57,586 nucleotides of DNA, from the NCBI GenBank assembly GCA_050730415.1, contig JBOHNC010000270.1, positions 1 through 57,586 on the forward strand, written 5' to 3'. Made by a program: the position numbers and the translations under genes. Shown in pieces: positions 29,095 through 37,043 of this stretch. The stretch's first letter is position 1. The number at the start of each line of letters is the position of its first letter. Source of the stretch: Planctomycetota bacterium. Its GTDB lineage: Bacteria; Planctomycetota; SZUA-567; H5-PLA8; JBOHNC01. The notes under the pieces are model-generated. The model was not told the origin of the DNA and ran no database searches. It saw only the letters and a list, made by a program, of their open reading frames with translations.

Positions 29095-29703
29095 ATGATC
29101 GTCGATCCCGCCACCCTCCCCGCTCGCGATGTCTACCGCGTGATGATTTCCTGCATCACCCCGCGCCCGATCGCCTGGGTCTCCACCATTTCGCCGCGCG
29201 GCATTCCGAACCTCGCGCCGTTCAGTTTTTTCAACGGCATCGGCGCCAATCCGCCCACGGTGCTGTTCTGCCCGGTCAACCACCGCGACGGCAGCCGCAA
29301 GGACACGCTGGTCAACATCGAAGCCACGCCGGAATTCGTCGTCAACATCGTCCCCTTCGCGCTGGCGCAGCCCATGAACGAAACCTCGGCCGAACTCCCC
29401 TACGAAACCAACGAATTCGAAAAGTCCGGCATGACCGCCGTGCCCGCCGCCAAAATCAAACCGCCGCGCGTCAAGGAAGCGCCGATTCACATGGAATGCG
29501 TGCTGCATCAGATCGTGAAAGTCGGCGAAGGCGCGCTGGGCGCGAATGTCGTCATCGGCCGGATCGTGCTCGTCGACATCGCCGACCGCGTGCTCGGCCC
29601 CGACGGCCAGATCGACCCCGCCAAGCTCGACACCATCGGCCGCATGGGCGGCAGTTCCTATTCCCGCACCACCGAGCGTTTCGACCTGCCGCGCCCGCAG
29701 TAG
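29095..29703 (+). CDS. flavin reductase family protein (FMN-binding split barrel)
   Basis: 202 aa. RPIAWVSTISPRGIPNLAPFSFFNG is typical of the flavin reductase-like domain. Confidence 0.9.
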   Translation: MIVDPATLPARDVYRVMISCITPRPIAWVSTISPRGIPNLAPFSFFNGIGANPPTVLFCPVNHRDGSRKDTLVNIEATPEFVVNIVPFALAQPMNETSAELPYETNEFEKSGMTAVPAAKIKPPRVKEAPIHMECVLHQIVKVGEGALGANVVIGRIVLVDIADRVLGPDGQIDPAKLDTIGRMGGSSYSRTTERFDLPRPQ

Positions 29704-29706
29704 CCC

Positions 29707-30639
29707 CTATTTCGCCGCCGTTTTTTTCCGCCGTTCCTCGCGTTTCTGCGCGGCGATTTTGGCGTACTCGCCCGTGCCTTTCGTCACCACCGCATCGGTC
29801 GGCAGCAGCGTGCCGGCTTTGTACTCCGGCTGGCCTTTCAGCGCCGCGTAGATCGGCGTGAAATCCGGTTTGGTCTCGTCGAACAGTTGCTGAAAGCTGT
29901 CGATCACAAAGTAGTTGTCCTGAAAATCGTCGATCTGAAAATGCGTCTGGAGCAGGCGCTTCAAGTTGAACTTGATCCGGTGCGGCGATGGGCTTTCCAA
30001 GCTGAACACCGATTCCGTGTTCGACGACAGAATGCCCGAGCCGTAGATGCGCAGGCCCTGCGGTTCCTGAATCAGCCCGAATTCGACCGTGTACCAGTAC
30101 AGCCGCGCGATTTTGTTGACCATCCCCAGCTTGGCGGCCTTCAGCCCGCCCCGGCCGTAGGCCGCCATGTAGTCGCCGAAGGTGGGATCGGCCAGCAGCG
30201 GCACGTGGCCGAACAGATCGTGGAAGACGTCGGGCTCCTGGATGTAGTCGAGCTGCTCGCGCGTGCGGAGGAAATTGCCGGCGGGAAAGCGGCGGTTGGC
30301 GAGCAGCTCGAAAAACGGTTCGTCGGGAATCAGTCCCGGCACCGGCACCACCTGCCAGCCGGTGCGTTTTTTCAGAATCTCGTTCACCTCGTCGAAATCC
30401 GGGATGCGTTCGTGGCTGATGCCCAGCGTGGCGAGGCTGTCCATGAACAGGCTGATCGCGCGGTCGGCCAGGATTTCTTCCTGCCGCTGGAACAGGATTT
30501 TCCAGACCGCATGGTCTTCGGGCGTGTAGCGCCGCTGCGGCACGGTGAAAAAATCGAGATTGCCGGGCGTCCAGCCTTCGGGCGAGGTGTAATGCTGCGC
30601 GGAACTGATGCCGCGATCTTCGGGAGGGTTCTGCGTCAT
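29707..30639 (-). CDS. phhA: phenylalanine 4-monooxygenase (aromatic amino acid hydroxylase)
   Basis: Iron-binding context PDVFHDLFGHVPLLADPTF, plus YWYTVEFGL. The start is set at ATG 30639 (MTQNPPEDRG). It has a Lys-rich C-terminal tail. It converges on the flavin reductase gene with only 3 bp between the stops. Confidence 0.9.
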   Translation of the reverse strand: MTQNPPEDRGISSAQHYTSPEGWTPGNLDFFTVPQRRYTPEDHAVWKILFQRQEEILADRAISLFMDSLATLGISHERIPDFDEVNEILKKRTGWQVVPVPGLIPDEPFFELLANRRFPAGNFLRTREQLDYIQEPDVFHDLFGHVPLLADPTFGDYMAAYGRGGLKAAKLGMVNKIARLYWYTVEFGLIQEPQGLRIYGSGILSSNTESVFSLESPSPHRIKFNLKRLLQTHFQIDDFQDNYFVIDSFQQLFDETKPDFTPIYAALKGQPEYKAGTLLPTDAVVTKGTGEYAKIAAQKREERRKKTAAK

Positions 30640-31350
30640 CGGGGCGTTTCCTATCGGGAGCGAGTGGGCGATCCGTTCAAGCGTCTGCGGCTGCGTTCTC
30701 CGGTGCGGCGGTGATATTAAATATTTTCGGCGTCGCGGAGGCCTGGTCAAGCTGGCTCCGGAAAGATTCGGGTGGACGCCGCGCCGGCGATCAGACGGAA
30801 CCCCCAAATGTCCCTCGCATTGGCACGGGACGCTGTCCCGTGGCTAAAAAATCCGCGGCGTAGCCGCGGTCCCTATTTCTTCTTTTCCCACCCTTGCCGA
30901 AAGCGTCAAAATGAAACGCGCACGCTCGCCTTGTCGGCGCGCGTGTCCTTTCGTCCCGGCAGGGACGGTCCCAAGATGGGTAGCCCAGCACGAAGCGATG
31001 CCAAGCCGAGCGCCGTGCTGGGAGACAGTTGACGAACGCACCTCGGAGCCTCGGCAGGGGCGGCAGACCTCCCAGCCCGCAAGCACGGTAGGAACGCTCC
31101 CCGTCTTCGACCCAAACGAACCGTACCCGGCACCGGCGAAGCGGAACCGCCCCCGCCGTTCCATCGTGAAAATCCGCCTTGCCGCGCATTTTTGAAAATC
31201 CCTGTGGCGCGCGGGTTTTTTGCGGAGTAGAATCCAAACAGGGGGTAAGTGCGAAAAAACGCATTTCATGGTGCCGCGTCGGCGGCTGCGAGCGATCGGT
31301 TCGCTCGCGGCGGCCCGTGGCGCCAGCACGCCAGCGCGCCAGCACGTCAA

Positions 31351-31390
31351 CGCGCCGACGAACCGGCGCGCCGACGAACCGGCGCGCCGA
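31351..31390. repeat. 16-bp tandem repeat (CGCGCCGACGAACCGG x2.5) upstream of the DUF72 gene
   Basis: Copies at 31351-31366 and 31367-31382, plus a partial copy at 31383-31390. Each unit contains the palindrome CGGCGCGCCG at the junction. Confidence 0.85.
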
Positions 31391-31432
31391 TCGAAAGGCC
31401 CCCTCCGATGGATTGACCCAAGAACACCCGCC

Positions 31433-32335
31433 ATGCCCAGCGAATTCCCGTTGCCACCTCGCGCCGCGACCGCAGTTGCCGCGCTGTTTCCGCCCCCGGC
31501 CGTCCCGGCCGCTCCGGCCGCCGAACCCGGCGCGCCCGCCTTGTACGTGGGTGCGTCGGGCTACGCCTATCCCGAATGGGTGGAGGCTGGATTCTACCCG
31601 CCGGGCACCAAACAGGCGCAGATGCTGCCGTTGTATCTGCAGCAGTTCGGCGCGGTCGAACTGAACTACACCTGGTACCAGATGCCCAAGGCCGATGCCG
31701 TCGAGCGCCAGCGGCGACAGACCCCGCCCGCATTCCGGTTCGCGGCCAAGTTGACTCGCACGCTGACGCACGAAGTCACCGCCGACTGGCGCAAGCAGGC
31801 GGCCGCCTACCGCGAGGGCATCGCGCCGCTGGTGGAAGCACGGCAACTGGCCGCGGTGCTGATTCAACTGGCGCCCGATTTTACCTATACCGTCCCCAGC
31901 CGGCGCTATCTGGCCGCGTTGCTCCAGGCGCTGCGCGACCTGCCGCTGGCGGTCGAATTCCGCCATGTTTCCTGGGCCCAGCCGCGCGTCTACACCGAAC
32001 TGGCCCGCCGCCGAGTGGTGCTCGTGAGCGTCGATGCGCCGCCGCTGCCGGCGTTGTTTCCGCCGACGGTGGAACTCACCCATCCCGACTGGTTCTACGC
32101 CCGCTTTCACGGCCGCAACGCGCGCGGCTGGCAGTCCGGCCAAGCCGAACAGAAGTTCCACTACGACTACAGCGACGCGGAACTCGCCGACAGCCTCGAA
32201 CGGCGGATCGCGCCGCTGCACAGCCAGGCGCCGACCGGCTACGTATTTTTCAACAATCACTACGGAGGTCTGGCACCCAAAAACGCGCTGCGGTTCAAAA
32301 CGTTGGCGCGCAAGTTCGGACTGCAGCCGCGCTGA
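31433..32335 (+). CDS. DUF72 (UPF0759/YecE-like) domain protein
   Basis: Motifs: LYVGASGYAYPEW, FGAVELNYTWY, RFAAKLTRTLTHE. The start is set at ATG 31433; the upstream part of ORF 31220-32335 is Arg-rich repeat DNA. Confidence 0.85.
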   Translation: MPSEFPLPPRAATAVAALFPPPAVPAAPAAEPGAPALYVGASGYAYPEWVEAGFYPPGTKQAQMLPLYLQQFGAVELNYTWYQMPKADAVERQRRQTPPAFRFAAKLTRTLTHEVTADWRKQAAAYREGIAPLVEARQLAAVLIQLAPDFTYTVPSRRYLAALLQALRDLPLAVEFRHVSWAQPRVYTELARRRVVLVSVDAPPLPALFPPTVELTHPDWFYARFHGRNARGWQSGQAEQKFHYDYSDAELADSLERRIAPLHSQAPTGYVFFNNHYGGLAPKNALRFKTLARKFGLQPR

Positions 32336-32369
32336 GGCTTGGAAACCGTTTCGGCCAAAGAGAACCGCC

Positions 32370-33566
32370 ATGGAACCGGATCGCTCGATCATCCATCTGA
32401 ACGTCGCCGATTTTGCGGTGGCCGTCGAGCAGTCCCTGGATCGCAATCTGCGCGGCCGGCCGCTGATGATCGCGCAGCCGGGCGCCGCGCGCGCGCGCGT
32501 GTACGACATGAGCGAGGAAGCCTACCGCGCGGGCATCCGCAAGGGCATGCGCCTGACCCACGCCCGGTCGCTCCAGCGCGACCTCAAAATTCTCCCTCTG
32601 CGGTTGGACCGCTACGCGCGCGCCATGCACACGCTGGCTCGCGAAGCGCGGCCGTTTTCCCCGCAGATCGAACAGCCCGACGGCAACGGCCATCTGTATG
32701 TGGACGTGACCGGCACCGGCAAACTCTGGGGGTCGCCGCCGGACATCGCCTGGCGCATCCGCAAAGCCATCCGCGCGCAGATGGGGCTCGATCCGATCTG
32801 GGCGGTGGCCTCCAACAAGCTGGTCGCCAAAGTCGCCACCCGGCTGGTCAAACCGGCGGGCGAGTACATCGTCGAAGCCGGCGCAGAGGCGGCCTTTCTG
32901 CACGCGGTGCCGCTGCGTCTGCTGCCCGGCCTGCATTCGGCCACGCTGGAGCGGCTGCAGGAACTGCACCTGTGGAAGGCCGGCGACGTGGCTGACCTCT
33001 CGCTGGGGCAGTTGACCGTCGCCGTCGGCAAAGCCGCGCAGACGGTCCACGACAAGGTCCGCGGCATCGACACGACGGCGGTGCTCGACGTCGGCAAGGC
33101 GCAGCCGGAAATCGTGCAGGAGCACGAATTCGCCGAAGACACCACCGACCGGCCGAGCGTCGAAAACGCGCTGTACCTGCTGGCCGATCGCGCCGGTAGC
33201 GAACTGCGCCGCCGGCGCAAGGGCGCGCGCCGGATCGCGCTGCAACTGGCCTATGCCGACGGCGTGACGCTGCGCCGCCAGGCGACACGCGCCGCCGCCG
33301 AAGACAACACCGAACGCCTGCACGCGCTGGCGCTGCGCCTGCTCGACCAGGCCTGGCAGCGGCGCATCCGCATCCGTCACCTCAAGCTGACCCTGACGCG
33401 CCTGACCGATCCGCCCGCGCAGTTGGAACTGTTTCCCGACCCCGCCCGCTGCAATGCGCGCGCCGAACAGTTGATGCTGGCGCTGGATTGCATTCGCGAC
33501 CGCTTCGGTCACGACGCCATCGGGCCGGGGCAGACCTGGGGGCTGAAGGCGGGAGCGCCGCCATGA
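32370..33566 (+). CDS. imuB: Y-family DNA polymerase homologue, ImuB-like (catalytic acidic residues replaced)
   Basis: 398 aa from ATG 32370 (MEPDRSIIHLNVADFAVAVEQ). The Y-family fold is recognisable, but the canonical HxDxDxF reads HLNVADF. The S-[IL]-D-E position reads GNGHLYVDVTG. The stop overlaps the dnaE2 start (ATGA). Confidence 0.8.
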   Translation: MEPDRSIIHLNVADFAVAVEQSLDRNLRGRPLMIAQPGAARARVYDMSEEAYRAGIRKGMRLTHARSLQRDLKILPLRLDRYARAMHTLAREARPFSPQIEQPDGNGHLYVDVTGTGKLWGSPPDIAWRIRKAIRAQMGLDPIWAVASNKLVAKVATRLVKPAGEYIVEAGAEAAFLHAVPLRLLPGLHSATLERLQELHLWKAGDVADLSLGQLTVAVGKAAQTVHDKVRGIDTTAVLDVGKAQPEIVQEHEFAEDTTDRPSVENALYLLADRAGSELRRRRKGARRIALQLAYADGVTLRRQATRAAAEDNTERLHALALRLLDQAWQRRIRIRHLKLTLTRLTDPPAQLELFPDPARCNARAEQLMLALDCIRDRFGHDAIGPGQTWGLKAGAPP

Positions 33567-36500
33567 TTCCCCTGGTGGTGCACTCCGGATTTTCCCTGAT
33601 GCGCGGCGCGGCCACGCTGGACCGGCTGTGCGTGCGGGCTCGCAGCCTGGGCTACACCCGCCTGGCGTTGACCGACCGCGACAATCTTTACGGCCTGCCG
33701 GAATTTCTGAAACTGTGCCGCCGCCATGGCCTCGATCCGCTGATCGGCGCGGAGATCACCGATCCGCAGCGGCCGGAGTGCTCCGACGGGGCCGCCCGCT
33801 CCGCCCGCGCCGCCCGCTCCGCCAGAGCCGCCCGCGCCGTCTGCCTCGTGGAAACCGCTGAAGGCTACCGCAACCTGTGCCGGCTGATCACCGCGCGGCA
33901 TCGCGACGCCGCTTTCGCGCTGGCGCCGGCGCTGGCCGCGCAGCACAGCGGGCTCACCGTCCTGTCCGACCGGCCGGAACTGCTGGCCGATCTGCACGAC
34001 CGCGGCGTGACGGTCGCCGCGATGCAGCCGATCCGACCGCAGAACGAATACATCGCGCTCCGCCGGCTGGCCCAGACGCGCAACCTCCCGCTGGTCGCCG
34101 TGCCGGACAGCTATTTTCTGGACCCGGCCGAACACGCCATGCACCGGGTCCTGCGCGCCATCGGCCTGAACACCGTGCTTTCGCGGCTGCCGGCGTCGGA
34201 AGTCGCCGCACCCGACGCCTGGCTGGCCGCGCCCGCCGAATATGTGCGCCGCTTCGCCGTCTGCCCGGAAGCCGTCGCCGAAACCCACCGCATCGCCGAC
34301 CGCTGCGCCTTCCGCGCGCCCGATCGCCGCACCATTTTCCCCGCCTGGCGCGACGGCGCCGGACGTCCGGCCGCGGCGGTGTTGCGCGAGGCCGCCTACG
34401 CCGGCGCGCACCGCCGCTACGGCGGCGACCTGACCGAAGGCGTCGTGGAACGGCTCGAACACGAACTGCGCTGCATCGAGGGCAAGGGGTTCGCCGATTA
34501 TTTTCTCTACGTCCAGGAAATCGTGCGGCGCAGCCCGCGCATCTGCGGCCGTGGGTCGGGCGCGGCCAGCATCGTGGCCTACAGTCTGGGCATCACCAAT
34601 GTCTGCCCGATCAAATTCAACCTGTACTTCGAACGGTTCCTAAACCCGCAGCGCATCGATCCGCCCGACATCGACGTGGATTTCGCCTGGGACGAACGGG
34701 ACGGCGTGCAGCAGGAAGTGCTGGCCGAATACCCCGGCCACGTCGCGATGGTCTGCAACCATGTGCTCTTCCAGCCGCGCATGGCGGTGCGCGAAGTCGC
34801 CAAAGTCTTCGGGCTGCCGGCGCACGAAATCGACCGCGTCACGCAGAAGCTCCCGTGGTATTGGCGCCAGGACGACACCGCCGCGCTCACCGACGCCGTG
34901 CCGTCCTCGGGCCCCCCCGAGGACCTGCAGGTTGCGCTGGAACGCCTGCCCGAATTGCGCGGCGTCCGCTTCGCGCCGCCCTGGCCGGAAATTCTGCGCA
35001 TCGCCAAACGGATCCTGGGCCTGCCGCGGCATCTGTCGGTCCACGCCGGCGGCGTGGTCATCACGCCGCAGCCGGTCTGCGACTACGTGCCGATCGAAAC
35101 CGCGGCCAAGGGCGTGCCGATCGTCCACTGGGAAAAAGATGGCGCCGAGGACATGGGGCTGGTGAAAATCGACCTGTTGGGCAACCGCAGCCTGGCGGTG
35201 ATCCGCGATGCCATCGCCAACCTGCGCGCCAACGGCGTGGCCTTCGACGAAGCGCACTGGCAGCCCGAAGACGACCCCGCCACCCAGGCGCTGGTCGCCC
35301 GCGGCGACACGATGGGCTGCTTCTACATCGAAAGCCCCGCCACCCGGTTGCTCCAGCAGCGCACCCGCGTGGGCGACTACCCCCACCTCGTGATCCATTC
35401 CAGCATCATCCGCCCCGCCGCCAACGACTACATCCGCGAATACATCCGCCGCCTGCGCGGCGGCGCCTGGGAACCGCTGCACCCGCTCCTGACCGATGTC
35501 CTGGCCGAAACCTACGGCATCATGGTCTACCAGGAGCATGTCGCGCTGACGGCGATCGCGCTGGCCGACTTCTCGCACTTTGAAGCCGACCAACTGCGCA
35601 AAATCCTGTCCAAAAAAGACAAGCAACGGGAGCTGGCCGATTTCCGGAAGCAGTTCGCCGCCGGCGCGCGGAAAAAACAGATCGCCGAGGACACCATCGA
35701 CGCCCTCTGGAACATGATCCTGTCGTTTTCCGGCTATTCGTTCTGCAAGCCGCACAGCGCCAGCTACGCGCGCGTCTCGTTCCAGGCGGCCTACCTGAAG
35801 GCGCACCACCCGGCCGAAATGCTGGCCGGCGTGCTCTCCAACCAGGGCGGTTTCTACAGCGCCTTCGCCTACGTTTCCGAAGCCATGCGTGGAGGGCTCA
35901 AAATCCTGCCGCCCTGCGTGAACCGCTCCGCCTGGCGCTGGACCGGCCACGGCGACGCGCTCCGCGTCGGGCTGCTGGCGGTCAAACATCTCGGCGTCGC
36001 CGCCGCCGACCGGATCGTGGCCGAACGCCAGGCCCGCCCGTTCGCCGATTTTTCCGACTTTCTGCGTCGCGTCCGGCCCGACGAAGGCGAAACCCGCGCG
36101 CTGATCCAGTGCGGCGCCTGCGACGACTTCCTGCAGGGCCGCGACCGCGTGGAACTGCTCTGGCAGTTGGCCGTCCACCGCCGCACGCAGACGGCTCCGC
36201 CGACCGCCGCCGCCCTGCCGAATCTCTTTCCTGAACTGATCGCCGAAGCGCAGGCCGCGCTGGCGACGCCGACCCTGGCCCCAACCCCGCCGCTTGAAAA
36301 GCTGCGCGCCCAGTTTGCCATCCTCGGGTTCCTGTGCGACCACCACCCGATGCGGCTGTTCCGCGACGCGCTGGCCGGCCGGTCGCTGGTGCCGGCGACG
36401 CAGATCGCCCGTCACGTCGGCCGCCGCATCACCGTCGCGGGATGGCTGATCACCGGCAAAGTGGTCTCCACCCACGCCGGCCAGCCGATGGAATTTCTCA

Positions 36501-36757
36501 CCTTCGAAGACGAATCGGGCCTGATCGAAACGACGCTCTTTCCCGAACCCTACGCCCGCTACTGCCACATGCTCAGCAACGCCGGTCCCTACTTCATCAC
36601 CGGCCTGGTCGAGGAAGACTTCGACGTCGCCACGCTGACCATCGACCGGCTCCAGCGCATCCACCCGCCCCGCAACCTGCGGCTGGAGCTGCCGCCGCCG
36701 TCTGCCGCGGAATCGGCCGCGGACACCGCCACGCCTCCGTCGGCATCGATCGCCTGA
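33563..36757 (+). CDS. dnaE2: error-prone DNA polymerase III alpha-type subunit DnaE2
   Basis: 1064 aa from ATG 33563 (MIPLVVHSGFSLMRGA, PHP domain). Motifs: HAGGVVITP and GYSFCKPHSASYA. It pairs with an imuB-like gene. The PHP region contains an AARSARAARSARAARA repeat insert. Confidence 0.93.
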   Translation: MIPLVVHSGFSLMRGAATLDRLCVRARSLGYTRLALTDRDNLYGLPEFLKLCRRHGLDPLIGAEITDPQRPECSDGAARSARAARSARAARAVCLVETAEGYRNLCRLITARHRDAAFALAPALAAQHSGLTVLSDRPELLADLHDRGVTVAAMQPIRPQNEYIALRRLAQTRNLPLVAVPDSYFLDPAEHAMHRVLRAIGLNTVLSRLPASEVAAPDAWLAAPAEYVRRFAVCPEAVAETHRIADRCAFRAPDRRTIFPAWRDGAGRPAAAVLREAAYAGAHRRYGGDLTEGVVERLEHELRCIEGKGFADYFLYVQEIVRRSPRICGRGSGAASIVAYSLGITNVCPIKFNLYFERFLNPQRIDPPDIDVDFAWDERDGVQQEVLAEYPGHVAMVCNHVLFQPRMAVREVAKVFGLPAHEIDRVTQKLPWYWRQDDTAALTDAVPSSGPPEDLQVALERLPELRGVRFAPPWPEILRIAKRILGLPRHLSVHAGGVVITPQPVCDYVPIETAAKGVPIVHWEKDGAEDMGLVKIDLLGNRSLAVIRDAIANLRANGVAFDEAHWQPEDDPATQALVARGDTMGCFYIESPATRLLQQRTRVGDYPHLVIHSSIIRPAANDYIREYIRRLRGGAWEPLHPLLTDVLAETYGIMVYQEHVALTAIALADFSHFEADQLRKILSKKDKQRELADFRKQFAAGARKKQIAEDTIDALWNMILSFSGYSFCKPHSASYARVSFQAAYLKAHHPAEMLAGVLSNQGGFYSAFAYVSEAMRGGLKILPPCVNRSAWRWTGHGDALRVGLLAVKHLGVAAADRIVAERQARPFADFSDFLRRVRPDEGETRALIQCGACDDFLQGRDRVELLWQLAVHRRTQTAPPTAAALPNLFPELIAEAQAALATPTLAPTPPLEKLRAQFAILGFLCDHHPMRLFRDALAGRSLVPATQIARHVGRRITVAGWLITGKVVSTHAGQPMEFLTFEDESGLIETTLFPEPYARYCHMLSNAGPYFITGLVEEDFDVATLTIDRLQRIHPPRNLRLELPPPSAAESAADTATPPSASIA
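33794..33838 (+). repeat. in-frame 9-bp tandem repeat (GCCCGCKCC x5) inside dnaE2
   Basis: Units: gcccgctcc gcccgcgcc gcccgctcc gccagagcc gcccgcgcc. They encode ARSARAARSARAARA within the N-terminal PHP region. Confidence 0.9.
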
Positions 36758-36782
36758 ACGCTCCGCCGCCATTTCGCCGCCC

Positions 36783-36824
36783 CCATGTGTCGAACCCATG
36801 TGTCGAACCCATGTGTCGAACCCA
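36783..36824. repeat. 13-bp tandem repeat (CCATGTGTCGAAC x3.2)
   Basis: Perfect copies at 36783-36795, 36796-36808 and 36809-36821, plus a partial copy. It lies 26 bp downstream of the dnaE2 stop. The period is not a multiple of 3. Confidence 0.9.
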
Positions 36825-37043
36825 CAACAGGAGCATACCGGACCTTTTCAGCTGTCTGCCAGTGGCCTTTCAATCTGGCGATCGGGGGAGGGCTTGGCCC
36901 CGGAGTCCCGCTTGCGGAACGCCAGAGTCATTGCCCAGTGCTTCAGTGCTGGGACCGGAGCGACGAACCGATGCGGTTCCCCAGTCCCGGAGGGATGGCA
37001 GAAAGAGGACACCCGAACCGGCGCCTTCAATCGTGGACCGCCA

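Noticed and set aside
32342-32352. The palindrome GAAAC-C-GTTTC between the DUF72 gene and imuB, considered as a possible LexA/SOS box.
   Set aside because: It has only 5-bp arms. It does not match the known GAAC-N4-GTTC or other LexA consensus spacings. It cannot be supported without a genome-wide motif.
30791-32509. A 572-aa minus-strand ORF.
   Set aside because: It is antisense to the DUF72 gene and runs through repeat-rich spacer. It is Arg/Gly-rich and has no motifs.
34640-36799. A 719-aa ORF on the minus strand, plus the 568-aa plus-strand ORF at 33877-35583.
   Set aside because: These are the antisense frame and an alternative frame of dnaE2. Their Arg/Pro/Gly-rich translations have no recognisable domains.
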